A stretch of DNA of 64,000 nucleotides from a virus. Taxonomy: Duplodnaviria; Caudoviricetes. Positions 9,657 to 19,214 of this stretch are shown here, piece by piece. The stretch spans positions 9,037 to 73,036 of IMG/VR virus record IMGVR_UViG_3300020577_008200; one strand, written 5' to 3'. The notes beneath the pieces are model-generated. The model was not told the DNA's origin. It ran no database searches and saw nothing but the letters and a program-made list of their open reading frames with translations. The position numbers and the translations under genes were made by a program. Position 1 is the stretch's first letter. Each line of letters begins with the position of its first letter.

Positions 9657-10642
9657 GCTCTGCTTGTCCCCTTATATACTATATTAGTAGCTTGACTGAA
9701 TATCTGATTCCAATTAGAAACAAATTGTTCTACTGAGTGATTAAGAAGTATTTGTTTGTTGGCTCTTATTCCTATTGTTCTAAACCATTCTTTATTTTTA
9801 ATATAAATTTCTGCATATTTTAACAGATATTCAGGATATTTTTCGTCAACTAATAAACCTGTCTTTTTATGAGTAATAACTTTATTAATTTCACAGTTAT
9901 CTAAAGCTATTACTACAGCTCCAGTATACATAGCTTTTAGAACTTGTGTGGGTTGAGGAACAGATAATGTTGGGTTGATATAGATACTAGCTTTATTAAA
10001 CTCTTCAATTTCATCTTGCCAATGAATATGTTTAGAAATACCAGGATTGTGACCAATAATTTTTATTGGCAACTTTATGTTATGGAATAATTTCCAGTAG
10101 ATTCCAAACCCATGACTATTTCCTTTTCTTTTCCAACTGTTAATAGCTGTTAGTATTGTTTTACTTTTATTTTCGTTATAACTATATAAATGTTGATTGA
10201 TAGCATTATTTATAATAGTATATTCATTTTCTTTAAAACCCCAACTTTTAGCCTGTTCGTGAGTAACAAATATATTAATATCACCTGAAATTTTTTCATT
10301 ATTATATTTATCAGGATATTCCTGTTCTACTATAACTAATGGGATATGTAATTCTTTTGATATCACAACACATTCTTTTAAATGTTTCTTTCTTCCTAAA
10401 CATAAAATTAAATCAAAAGTTATTCCATTCCCTTTTATTTTATTTATCTCAGTGTAATTTTCTGGGATTAAAGCAACGTCGTTTCTCCATCTTTCCTGTC
10501 TTAAATTGAGAGCGAAAAAGTTATGGTTGGTTTTGCAGAGAAGGCTCTCGTATTCCTCACTGGTTGTGAACAGTAAAATATTAAGCGGCTCTCCATTTTG
10601 ACGAGTAGCCGCTCTAATTATTGAATTTACCGCTGAAGACAT
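9653..10642 (-). CDS. GT4-like glycosyltransferase
   Basis: ASIYINPT...VLKAMYTGAVVI...VITHKKTGLL. Confidence 0.75.
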   Translation of the reverse strand: MSSAVNSIIRAATRQNGEPLNILLFTTSEEYESLLCKTNHNFFALNLRQERWRNDVALIPENYTEINKIKGNGITFDLILCLGRKKHLKECVVISKELHIPLVIVEQEYPDKYNNEKISGDINIFVTHEQAKSWGFKENEYTIINNAINQHLYSYNENKSKTILTAINSWKRKGNSHGFGIYWKLFHNIKLPIKIIGHNPGISKHIHWQDEIEEFNKASIYINPTLSVPQPTQVLKAMYTGAVVIALDNCEINKVITHKKTGLLVDEKYPEYLLKYAEIYIKNKEWFRTIGIRANKQILLNHSVEQFVSNWNQIFSQATNIVYKGTSRA

Positions 10643-10679
10643 AGAAATTACCTGTGTTTAAATTAGTTTGGTGTAACTA

Positions 10680-10708
10680 ATTATACCACATTTTTTACTT
10701 ACCGTCCA
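10680..10708 (-). promoter_or_regulatory. Sigma70-type promoter with extended -10
   Basis: TGGACG-17 nt-TATAAT with a TGn extension, about 40 nt upstream of the ATG at 10642. Confidence 0.65.
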
Positions 10709-11417
10709 GTAGTTTCAAGATTTTCCCGATGAGTCCATTTCGGACGATATCGCTTTCATCTAGTTCTACCACTCCTATATCTTTATCTTCGTTGAACAAT
10801 CTATCCGCTGTTACAGAGAATGCGCTTCTACTTCCTATTAAATCCTCTTTTCTCCACAAGTCAGTTTGTTCTCCATCACCAGTTATAACCATCTTAGAAT
10901 CTTTACCCATTCTGGATAATAACATTTTAATTTGAGTCATAGTACAATTTTGAGCCTCATCAATTACGACGAACATCTCGTCAAATGTAACACCTCTCAT
11001 AAACTCGCAGGTGTCAATAACTATTTTATTTTCTTTAACTAAATCTGCTAACTCTCTTTCTCCAATCAATTTACTGAAAAGTTGATAGAAAGCGGCCATA
11101 TGTGGCCCTAATTTATCTTCCTTTTCTCCAGGTAAAAAACCTATAGGACGCCCACATTCTTGTAATGGACGAATTACTAATAATTGTTTATACTTATTAG
11201 CCTTTAGATATTCTAAACCTTTAGATAAAGCAATATGTGTTTTTCCAGTTCCAGCAGGCCCATCGCATATGATAAATTGGCAGTGTTCAATAGTTTCTAG
11301 ATAATATTTTTGACCTTCAGTTAATGGTTTGGTTTTATTTTTGTCAAGTTTTTTCTTAAAGAATTCTTCAGTCTTTTTATCAAAAACTTCACGTTCAGGA
11401 TTATCAAACTTACTCAT
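10695..11417 (-). CDS. phoH: PhoH-like ATPase
   Basis: GPAGTGKT, GFLPG, FMRGVTF, IDEAQN, GDGEQTD, IVRNGLI. Confidence 0.93.
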   Translation of the reverse strand: MSKFDNPEREVFDKKTEEFFKKKLDKNKTKPLTEGQKYYLETIEHCQFIICDGPAGTGKTHIALSKGLEYLKANKYKQLLVIRPLQECGRPIGFLPGEKEDKLGPHMAAFYQLFSKLIGERELADLVKENKIVIDTCEFMRGVTFDEMFVVIDEAQNCTMTQIKMLLSRMGKDSKMVITGDGEQTDLWRKEDLIGSRSAFSVTADRLFNEDKDIGVVELDESDIVRNGLIGKILKLLDGK

Positions 11418-12516
11418 AGAGTATCCTTTTAATTTGAGAACCTATCACTTCATGTGAGTAATCAAAAACTTTATTGATACCAGCTTCCGATTTCAATTCT
11501 CTTTTTTTATGGTTTTCATAAGCTTCACGCATACACTGTCGAAGATGAGGTATCGAAATAGAACCCCAAAGTTCTTTGCCATAAAATAGCTTGGCCGGAT
11601 TATCTTGTAAACCAAAAACGGGAGTTAGGTTGTAATCAACCTTCCATCCCGTTTCGTCATCTATGTAATCACTATAGCCACCATAACCATTAACAATTGG
11701 TGTTTTACCGAAACCCATACTATCTATACACGGAATTGAAAACCCTTCACCATATGACGTAGAAACAAATACGTTACAGCTATTATGTATACTATAAATT
11801 TCATTATCAGACAAATACTCACTTGGAAGAACTATTTCTTCTTTTGTTTGTCCTAATTTTAGACCGTCTTTTAATTTTTTAATAAAATCTCTACTATTTA
11901 TATTTTCATTTTTTGTATCTAAGAGAAATTTTATTACTATATTAACAGGCTCATTTTTATCAAATTCTAAATGGAATGCTTGAACAAAAGCCCCGAAGTT
12001 CTTACGACGAGAGAAGGAACCAGAGATGGAATAGAAAAGGAAGTCAGTGTGCCTTTCCTGCTCAATTTGTTTGTAGGCTGGATAACTTTGCAAAAATACA
12101 GAAGTGTCGCAACCGAAGGGAACAACTCGAATAGGTTTCCTGATACCGCTCACTTCACAAGCTCGTTTAACAAAATTAGATGGAACCCAAATTTCATCCA
12201 TCATATTTAAACGTTCTGGCCACTGTGACATTTTAAAATCACTAGTATGATAGTTGACATAAGCTATGTTCTTTTGAAACTCACCTTCATAAATTAACAT
12301 TTCTGGTGGAACGTGTTGGATGATTACATCAGTTCCTTTAATCTTTTTGCTTTCTAATTCCAGAAATTTTTCGTCTAATTTTCCTTGAAAGTCATTAAGT
12401 TTAATAGGTCTAATACAAATATTCTCTCCAGTCTCATTTAGAGAAGATATAAGATTCAGAGAACCTTTAGAGGCACCAGTACCATCCCGATATGGACCAA
12501 TATATAATATACTCAT
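11410..12516 (-). CDS. GT4 glycosyltransferase
   Basis: DEIWVPSNFVK, RRKNFG, FVSTSYGEGFSIPCIDSMGFGK. Confidence 0.88.
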   Translation of the reverse strand: MSILYIGPYRDGTGASKGSLNLISSLNETGENICIRPIKLNDFQGKLDEKFLELESKKIKGTDVIIQHVPPEMLIYEGEFQKNIAYVNYHTSDFKMSQWPERLNMMDEIWVPSNFVKRACEVSGIRKPIRVVPFGCDTSVFLQSYPAYKQIEQERHTDFLFYSISGSFSRRKNFGAFVQAFHLEFDKNEPVNIVIKFLLDTKNENINSRDFIKKLKDGLKLGQTKEEIVLPSEYLSDNEIYSIHNSCNVFVSTSYGEGFSIPCIDSMGFGKTPIVNGYGGYSDYIDDETGWKVDYNLTPVFGLQDNPAKLFYGKELWGSISIPHLRQCMREAYENHKKRELKSEAGINKVFDYSHEVIGSQIKRILYE

Positions 12517-12969
12517 TTATTTAACTTTCCTGTCCCTATATAATCTCTTATTATTATTTACACAATTCATTATTCTCTCATTGTTATCAGAGAATATATT
12601 TTCGTAATCGGATGGAGCATACCATAGTCTAGTAGCTATGATAAAAACTAAATATGATTTAATATAGGGAGACCTATTAATTTTAGCCGCATCTTCAATT
12701 GTTATATATCTATCACTATCTATAATTTCGATTGCTGCAAATATCGGGATACTATATATAGTAGACTTATACTCAAAAAATTTCTTTTTTAATATTTCTT
12801 TACTTCTAAAACGTATTTCCGGGTCTGAACTGTGGACCCCATATTCAATCATATACGGAATAGTTTTTGGGTTAATATTATAGCTTAGATATTTAGTAGC
12901 ATTTTCTCTAGTGCAGAAATCATTATCTCCGAGAAGAGAAATTATAAAAATAATTATTATTTTTGACAT
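12517..12969 (-). CDS. Hypothetical protein with a hydrophobic N-terminus
   Basis: 150-aa ORF in operon context; MSKIIIIFIISLLG. Confidence 0.55.
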   Translation of the reverse strand: MSKIIIIFIISLLGDNDFCTRENATKYLSYNINPKTIPYMIEYGVHSSDPEIRFRSKEILKKKFFEYKSTIYSIPIFAAIEIIDSDRYITIEDAAKINRSPYIKSYLVFIIATRLWYAPSDYENIFSDNNERIMNCVNNNKRLYRDRKVK

Positions 12970-12976
12970 TGTAATA

Positions 12977-13001
12977 TAAGCCTGTATTTTGGACAGGCTT
13001 A
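12977..13001. other. Intergenic stem-loop
   Basis: TAAGCCTGT-ATTTTGG-ACAGGCTTA is a 9-bp perfect stem with no clear U tract. Confidence 0.5.
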
Positions 13002-13010
13002 GTAAAAGGT

Positions 13011-13346
13011 TTAGATTTTGTAATATCTGCTGGCTCTGTCAACCAAACTTGTAACTGTATACCTAAGACTATTTGGAATTTCTGTACTTTTTTGAACAAA
13101 TTTTACAGAATTCAACTCTACAGAATTATTAATAGCTTTGTTAATACCAATTTGTTTGTCAAAATTTTCAAGTGTGGTATTACATTTACTCCAGCCAACT
13201 TTTACCTCATCGTTTTGTTTATAAGCTAGTGCTAGTCCGACTGGACGCCCATGTTTATCACGAAGATATTGGACTAGAAACTTTGGACCCAAAACCTGTT
13301 GATTTTCCTTTTTACAATTTTCGATGTATTCATTTCTATTATTCAT
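13011..13346 (-). CDS. Conserved phage hypothetical protein
   Basis: 111 aa; VKVGWSKCN...FDKQIGINKA. Confidence 0.55.
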   Translation of the reverse strand: MNNRNEYIENCKKENQQVLGPKFLVQYLRDKHGRPVGLALAYKQNDEVKVGWSKCNTTLENFDKQIGINKAINNSVELNSVKFVQKSTEIPNSLRYTVTSLVDRASRYYKI

Positions 13347-14974
13347 AACTTTCCTCTTTTCTTTTCAAAAATATTTTTAGCGTTAGCAATATTTATTAAA
13401 TGATTTGCTAAAGTTTCTCTAGTAAATTCTCCATAAGCGGCGTATGATTCAGAACTATGTTCTTCGTCTACTAACATATTTGGCAAACCTTTTAAACAGG
13501 CTCCTAATCCCAAATCTCTAGTTAATCTGATAGCTAAGTAACTATTTATTAACTCTGGGCGTCCAGCTATGTTAGCAAAAGCCCAATTTACAAATTCTTT
13601 ATCACTCATACCGCTTGGAGGATTCATGTTTGGCACATTTATCTTAGCTGGTAAATCCCACTTGTCAAGAGGAATCACGGAATCGAAATAATTTTCCCAA
13701 ATTTTACTAGTTTTTTCCCAGGTGTAATGGGTTAACACACCTTCTCTAGCTTTTACAGCATACTCGAAATGTTTTTCTTTTGGCATTTTGAAGAAGTTTA
13801 TTAGTAAATCAACTAAATTAGAATTGTCTGGTAAGGCACGATAAGACTCTGTTCCACTATCTCTAAACATTCTGTGTACTTTAATAGGGAAACCGCCTAA
13901 TTTTCTAACCACATCAGACATTGCGGAGTAATCCACAGCTATAACTGGAGTTCCGGACGCAGAAGATTCTACCATAGGCATTCCAAAACCTTCACAATTT
14001 GAGTATTGAACATATACATTCATTAGCGCATATATTTCGTTTAATACATGTGGAGGTATTCCAGCTTTAATGTTAGGTAAAATTGCGCTATGTGAACCGC
14101 ACAGACGACAAGGAGCCTTGCCGTCTTGAAAGAATGATGGATATATTTCTTTACAATTTAGACAGAAATAAGTAAAGTAAGTTCGATGTGCTATTCCATG
14201 TTCTTTTAGTAAACGAGGTATATCCCAACCTAAGTCCGGATAAGCGCAATGTAAATAAAGATAGGATTTACTAGCAATCTCTTTTGGAGCCTGTTCTAAG
14301 AACAAAGCAAAGCTTTCCATTAAATCAGGATAAAGTTTTCTAACCTGATTTCTCATTACGCTTCCAATAATAAAACTGTCTTCTGATAAACCAACTCTTT
14401 TTCTAACTTCATCTTTTTTCAAAAATTTATAGTTTACTAAGTCTGCTCCCGGTGGAGCAGCGCACTTAAGATTAGAAGGATTATTCATTTGTTTTTTGAG
14501 AACATCCAAGCCCCAATCTGTATAAGTGAAAATAGCATCTGCACTGGCAAAGTTACTTAACCAATTATCATTTTGTGGAGCAGAATCAACTGTGGGCATA
14601 TAAGCATAATTAAAATATGGTCTAGCTGGAGAACGTTCTATAAATTCATCCATCCACGGGTCACGAATAGAGAAAACGCAATCTGGTTTGAAATCTATAC
14701 ATACGTCATCAAATAAATATTCTCCCCATTGATTAGTAACTTTACTATGATAAATTTGTTCAGTTATTTTATCATTCAATTTTGGAATAACGGGATAATA
14801 TTTCCACGGTAAAACGCTAGCTCTATTATCTTCTGGACTTCCGTATGAAGCTAGTTCTGCAATCTCATATTTATTAGTATCTTGTAGTCTACGCAAAACT
14901 TCATAACCGTATGTAGAATAACCAGTCGAAAGAAGAGAACTTTCATTAACCATTAAAAGACGTTTTTTTCTCAT
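13343..14974 (-). CDS. Large GT4 glycosyltransferase with an inserted CxxC...CxxC zinc motif
   Basis: STGYSTYGYEVL, RNQVRKLYPDL, CLNC...CRLC, SNCEGFGMPMVESSASGTP. Confidence 0.88.
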   Translation of the reverse strand: MRKKRLLMVNESSLLSTGYSTYGYEVLRRLQDTNKYEIAELASYGSPEDNRASVLPWKYYPVIPKLNDKITEQIYHSKVTNQWGEYLFDDVCIDFKPDCVFSIRDPWMDEFIERSPARPYFNYAYMPTVDSAPQNDNWLSNFASADAIFTYTDWGLDVLKKQMNNPSNLKCAAPPGADLVNYKFLKKDEVRKRVGLSEDSFIIGSVMRNQVRKLYPDLMESFALFLEQAPKEIASKSYLYLHCAYPDLGWDIPRLLKEHGIAHRTYFTYFCLNCKEIYPSFFQDGKAPCRLCGSHSAILPNIKAGIPPHVLNEIYALMNVYVQYSNCEGFGMPMVESSASGTPVIAVDYSAMSDVVRKLGGFPIKVHRMFRDSGTESYRALPDNSNLVDLLINFFKMPKEKHFEYAVKAREGVLTHYTWEKTSKIWENYFDSVIPLDKWDLPAKINVPNMNPPSGMSDKEFVNWAFANIAGRPELINSYLAIRLTRDLGLGACLKGLPNMLVDEEHSSESYAAYGEFTRETLANHLINIANAKNIFEKKRGKL

Positions 14975-15049
14975 TATATCCTATTAGTAAAAAAGCCCCG
15001 CCTAAGATTTATATAGACAGGGCGGAAGGAGATAGACTGGCTGAACAAA

Positions 15050-15085
15050 TTGGCAGGGAAGGATGTGATGTGCCTTCTCTGCAAA
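15050..15085. repeat. Tight convergent motif pair (near-palindrome) just 3' of ssb
   Basis: TTGGCAGGGAAGGAT-GTGATG-TGCCTTCTCTGCAAA. Confidence 0.75.
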
Positions 15086-15499
15086 TTAAAATGGTGGAGG
15101 TGCCTCAGTGCTTTGAATATTTTTTTGTGGAGTGGTTTTGGCTTTTGGTTGAGTTTTTGCTGGTGGAGCATTATTAGTAGTATCATTTTCGTCAACAGCT
15201 TTTCTGTCTACGAACCAAAAATCACTAACGGTAATCTTGTGCTTACTTCTTTTGTCACCATCTTTTTCCCATGTTTCAAACTTAAGTTTACCTTCTAGTA
15301 AGATTCTAGAACCTTTTTTGAAATATTTTTCTAATACTTCAGCACGATTACCCCAACATTCACAATCAATGAACATTGTTTCTTCTTTATCCTTATATTT
15401 TTCATTTACAGCAACACCAAACTTTGCTACTTTATGTTCCCCAACATCTTTTACCTCAACGTCTCTAGTTAGATTACCCATTATCGTACTCTTATTCAT
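15086..15499 (-). CDS. ssb: Single-stranded DNA-binding protein (OB fold)
   Basis: MNKSTIMGNLTRDVE...FIDCECWG...KGSRILLEGKL; C-terminus PPPF. Start refined to the ATG at 15499. Confidence 0.93.
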   Translation of the reverse strand: MNKSTIMGNLTRDVEVKDVGEHKVAKFGVAVNEKYKDKEETMFIDCECWGNRAEVLEKYFKKGSRILLEGKLKFETWEKDGDKRSKHKITVSDFWFVDRKAVDENDTTNNAPPAKTQPKAKTTPQKNIQSTEAPPPF

Positions 15500-15543
15500 A
15501 ATAACCCTTTTTATAATTGTGTAGATAGCTTTAGCTACCAAAT

Positions 15544-15747
15544 TTATTCTTCAATCTCAAATACATTAAGTTCTACTTCTGCTCCAGTGACTATATTAAC
15601 AGTATCACTCAGGTCATCTTTAAACCATACTTTGATTTTCTTTTCTAATTCTTCTATTGCTGTTGGGGTTGGTAAAATTTTATGTTCTAACGAGCCAATT
15701 TTCCAATGTCTGATTTTCATATTTTCCCTAATTAAATTTGTGAACAT
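15544..15747 (-). CDS. Small hypothetical protein
   Basis: 67-aa ORF filling the gap between dnaE-C and ssb. Confidence 0.5.
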   Translation of the reverse strand: MFTNLIRENMKIRHWKIGSLEHKILPTPTAIEELEKKIKVWFKDDLSDTVNIVTGAEVELNVFEIEE

Positions 15748-16337
15748 TTCTTAACTTCAAAACTTCCCTTTTTACCGAATTCACCTTCTAGTAAAACGTT
15801 GTTACCTTCTGACAAGATATCTTTATATTTTTTATAAGTATCCGAAAATACACATACATCAGATAGAGAGCAGGTAGCATCTGATACTACCAGAAAAGCC
15901 ATCTTTTGTCCAGTATAATTTCCTATTTTCTTAATAGTAGTTACTCTGACAGCTTCAATAGTTACTGCTAAAACTAACCTTCCTTTTCTTCCAGATAAGG
16001 CTTCTTTACAACTACAGTTAGCTTCGCTAATATCACAACCATCAACAATAGAACAATTAATAGCTGTGCCTAAATATTTTTCTTCATTATAAGCAATCAT
16101 ACTTGGAGTATCATTCATACTAATTATTGGAGAAGTAAGTAATTTTACTTTGTCTTCCAAAATAGCTACCCGTTTTATATTAGCGCATCCACCTCCATCT
16201 TTTTTAGGTTTGGCGGCAGCTTCAATAGCATGTACTATTTCAGTAAATTTTGAAGAAGATTCTTTAATCCATTCTTGCTCTTTATCTGTTAAATCTGAGT
16301 AGGCTTTATATTCTTCTAACATTCTAGTTCTTGACAC
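15732..16337 (-). CDS. dnaE: DNA polymerase III alpha, C-terminal piece (OB-fold domain)
   Basis: EEKYLG...QKMAFLVVSDATCSLSDVCVFSDTYKKY...NNVLLEG. It has its own AAGGAG SD and GTG start, 15 nt after the stop of the middle piece. Confidence 0.8.
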   Translation of the reverse strand: MSRTRMLEEYKAYSDLTDKEQEWIKESSSKFTEIVHAIEAAAKPKKDGGGCANIKRVAILEDKVKLLTSPIISMNDTPSMIAYNEEKYLGTAINCSIVDGCDISEANCSCKEALSGRKGRLVLAVTIEAVRVTTIKKIGNYTGQKMAFLVVSDATCSLSDVCVFSDTYKKYKDILSEGNNVLLEGEFGKKGSFEVKKCSQI

Positions 16338-16352
16338 AACTATCTCCTTTTA

Positions 16353-17447
16353 TTAACTTTTGGAAAAGTTGTCCATGTAACTAAGTGCCCCAACCTCTAT
16401 TAATCTCTCCATAGTGGTACTACTGACCTGTGGAGACACAAAAACTAAAAATTCATACCAAGATAAGTCTTCTATTTTTTTACCATAAGTTTCTTCAGCA
16501 TTTATAATTGCTTGTCTAAGTTTATCAACTTGAGCATCTCCAATTCCTTTTATATCAGCTAGGCCAAATTGTACTTTAACCCCATCTGTAAAGAAATGTT
16601 TTTTCATACTTCTGAGGTCTGGAGTTAAAACTTCTACATCCATTAATTTTGCTTCATTAATTAACTCTCGTATTTCCTGTAAAGGGTCTTGTTTTTCTTG
16701 AGCGTAACGTAAATAAGATGTAAAAAATTGAATCGGAAAGTGGGCTTTACAGTAAGCTGTCCAGTAACTATTCATAGCATACGAATAAGCGTGGCTAGCA
16801 TTGAACGAATATCTTTGACTTTCTTTAATCCAACCGAAGATTTCTTTAGCCTGTTCCTCGTTGACAACATTCGCTTTCTTAACACCTTCAAAGAACATGA
16901 CTTCCACTTTTGCCATTTCTTCTGGTAACTTTTTACCAATAGCTTTACGAAGCATGTCTGCTTCTTGCATTGTAAAGTTAGCTAAATCTCTAACTATAAA
17001 CATAGCTTGTTCTTGATAAACTAAAATTCCATAAGTCTTTTCTAGAATTGGTTTTAAGGAAGGATGAAGATATTCTACTTCTACCATTCTATTTTTTCTT
17101 TGGCAATATAATTCTGTAAGACTCAGCCCGGTTTTAGCGTCAATACTTTTAGTACAACCGGGTCTTAAAATAGCTCCTAAATCAGCTAGGTGTTGTATAC
17201 ATTCAGGTTTTAATTTTTTAACCCACTGTCTACCAGTTCCTTCTAGTTGGAATACTCCTTTGACTAAACCTTTACCTAACATATCCCAAACATACATGCA
17301 TTCTAAAGGGACTTCCGCAATATTAAATTTATGAAGTGGCGGAACTATTTGATTCTTTTCATAGTATTCTAATGTTTTACCCTTTTTCGCTATCATCTCT
17401 TCATTGATATTAAACTTACATCCGCACTTCATTTGATAAATCTTCAT
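16353..17447 (-). CDS. dnaE: DNA polymerase III alpha, middle piece (fingers + HhH)
   Basis: GVFQLEG, LRPG, ILEKTYGILVYQEQAM, ADMLRKAIGKK, YSFNASHAYSYA, FGLADIKGIG. Confidence 0.92.
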   Translation of the reverse strand: MKIYQMKCGCKFNINEEMIAKKGKTLEYYEKNQIVPPLHKFNIAEVPLECMYVWDMLGKGLVKGVFQLEGTGRQWVKKLKPECIQHLADLGAILRPGCTKSIDAKTGLSLTELYCQRKNRMVEVEYLHPSLKPILEKTYGILVYQEQAMFIVRDLANFTMQEADMLRKAIGKKLPEEMAKVEVMFFEGVKKANVVNEEQAKEIFGWIKESQRYSFNASHAYSYAMNSYWTAYCKAHFPIQFFTSYLRYAQEKQDPLQEIRELINEAKLMDVEVLTPDLRSMKKHFFTDGVKVQFGLADIKGIGDAQVDKLRQAIINAEETYGKKIEDLSWYEFLVFVSPQVSSTTMERLIEVGALSYMDNFSKS

Positions 17448-18195
17448 GATAAGTCTCGCCGTATAAGTTTTTCAGATGTCGAAATGGATAGCCATTGGGA
17501 TAGTGCTTGGGCCATTCAATGGGTAATTGAGGTAATGGTTGAAAGGCTACGCCATCACTTATTAATTGATTACTTATTTTCAATGCTTCATCTTTATGAG
17601 AAGCGGAATCAGTTAGATATTTATACGGTTCATCTACGAATTTTTGAATCTCAGGATTAAATTTTCTACAATAATGTGAGCCAATATAAGTTTCTGTTCT
17701 AATTGTTGTGCTTTCATTATACTGAAAATCCTTGACTTTGTCAAGGGGAATATCAAATAATTCCCACATATCTTTTGAATTACCAATAAACATGTGGTCC
17801 CGAGGATGAAATGGGAAACGGGGATAAATGCTAAGAGTTAGTATATTATTATTAATACGTTCAGTACAATAGAAATACCAGATTTTATCTAAAGGTACAA
17901 ACATATCGCTTCGTATTTTCATTACTACTGAGGAATGAATTTTATTCATACCGGCGAGCGAAGTTACTAATTGAAGATTACGATTTCCTAAACCGGGGTT
18001 GGAAGGATAATCTGATAGAACTAATTCATCTATATCCCAATCTCTATAGAGAACTTCATTCTCTTTCCAGGTAGAAAAAATTACTCTATTTACAAAATCG
18101 TAGTCTCTATATCTATTAATGAATTCTCTTGTGTAAGAATATACTGGACCTTGTATTAAAACGTCTATCATTTGATTCTCACGAAAGTGGTACAT
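17416..18195 (-). CDS. WavE-like lipopolysaccharide synthesis protein
   Basis: IDVLIQGP...IFSTW...NRNLQLVTSLAG...KIRSDM...FHPRDHMFIG. Confidence 0.75.
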   Translation of the reverse strand: MYHFRENQMIDVLIQGPVYSYTREFINRYRDYDFVNRVIFSTWKENEVLYRDWDIDELVLSDYPSNPGLGNRNLQLVTSLAGMNKIHSSVVMKIRSDMFVPLDKIWYFYCTERINNNILTLSIYPRFPFHPRDHMFIGNSKDMWELFDIPLDKVKDFQYNESTTIRTETYIGSHYCRKFNPEIQKFVDEPYKYLTDSASHKDEALKISNQLISDGVAFQPLPQLPIEWPKHYPNGYPFRHLKNLYGETYHEDLSNEVRM

Positions 18196-19214
18196 TTAGA
18201 TAAGGATTTAATATCGTCTGTTCCAATATAGGTACAAGTAGAACGTAATCCGCCCAATATTTGATTGATTATATTTTTAACTGGACCCTTGTATTGTATT
18301 TCTACAGATTTACCTTCTGGGGAACGATGTTCTGCAACCCCACCATAATATTTATCCATACATTCTTTACTGCTCATTCCATAAACACGAAGAGATTTTT
18401 TAACATCTTTATAATTTTCGTAACCGTTTCCAGGTAGTCCGTCATGAACTGGTTCATAAGTCCATAATCCTTCACATTCATCAGTTCCACTTAACATATT
18501 TCCTAGCATCACAAAATCTGCACCGGCTCCAAAAGCTTTAGCAATATCTCCAGATGTTTTACATCCACCGTCACTACAAACATGTCCTCCACAACCATGT
18601 GCAACATCACTACATTCAATAATAGCACTTAATTGAGGATAACCAACTCCGGTTACTTTACGAGTTTCACAGAATGCTCCCGGTCCAATTCCAATTTTAA
18701 CTATATCCGCCCCATTTACTAACAATTCTTGTGTCATGTCTCCAGTAGCTACGTTACCAGCCATAATAATAGCTTTAGGAAATGATTTTCTTACTTCTTG
18801 AACTCTATTAACAAAATATTTAGTATATCCATTAGCTGCGTCAATACAAATTCTATGGATGTAAGTCTCATCTTTCATATATTTTAGTTTTTCAAAATCA
18901 CCATCTGTGATACCAATTGTACAGAAAGCTTGATTAATTGGATTCTGTTTGAAAAAACTAATTAATTGTTCCGGCTTGTAGAACTTATGAAGACATGTAT
19001 ATAAACCTTGTTCAGATAATGCTTTTTCCATTGCTATTGTGCCAGTAGTATCTAAATTTGCAGCAATGATTGGAATACCGCTCATAGTACATTTTGCGTG
19101 TAGCATTTTAAAAGTTCTATATAGATTAACATCCGCTCTACTTCCAGTTTCACTCCTCTTAGGACAGATTAAAACATCATCAAAATCTAACTTAACTTCG
19201 TTTATAATTCTCAA
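18168..19214 (-). CDS. guaC: GMP reductase
   Basis: KLDFDDVLICPKRS, IDAANGY, KIGIGPGAFCETRKVTGVGYPQLSA, SDGGC, YGMSS, EGKSV. Confidence 0.92.
   Translation of the reverse strand: MRIINEVKLDFDDVLICPKRSETGSRADVNLYRTFKMLHAKCTMSGIPIIAANLDTTGTIAMEKALSEQGLYTCLHKFYKPEQLISFFKQNPINQAFCTIGITDGDFEKLKYMKDETYIHRICIDAANGYTKYFVNRVQEVRKSFPKAIIMAGNVATGDMTQELLVNGADIVKIGIGPGAFCETRKVTGVGYPQLSAIIECSDVAHGCGGHVCSDGGCKTSGDIAKAFGAGADFVMLGNMLSGTDECEGLWTYEPVHDGLPGNGYENYKDVKKSLRVYGMSSKECMDKYYGGVAEHRSPEGKSVEIQYKGPVKNIINQILGGLRSTCTYIGTDDIKSLSKCTTFVRIK

Noticed and set aside
16338-16355. In-frame stop between the dnaE middle and C pieces, suggesting readthrough or a recoded genome
   Set aside because: There are two consecutive TAA codons followed by a strong AAGGAG SD and GTG. 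Other genes are intact under code 11 and end in TAA, TAG or TGA. Independent initiation is simpler.
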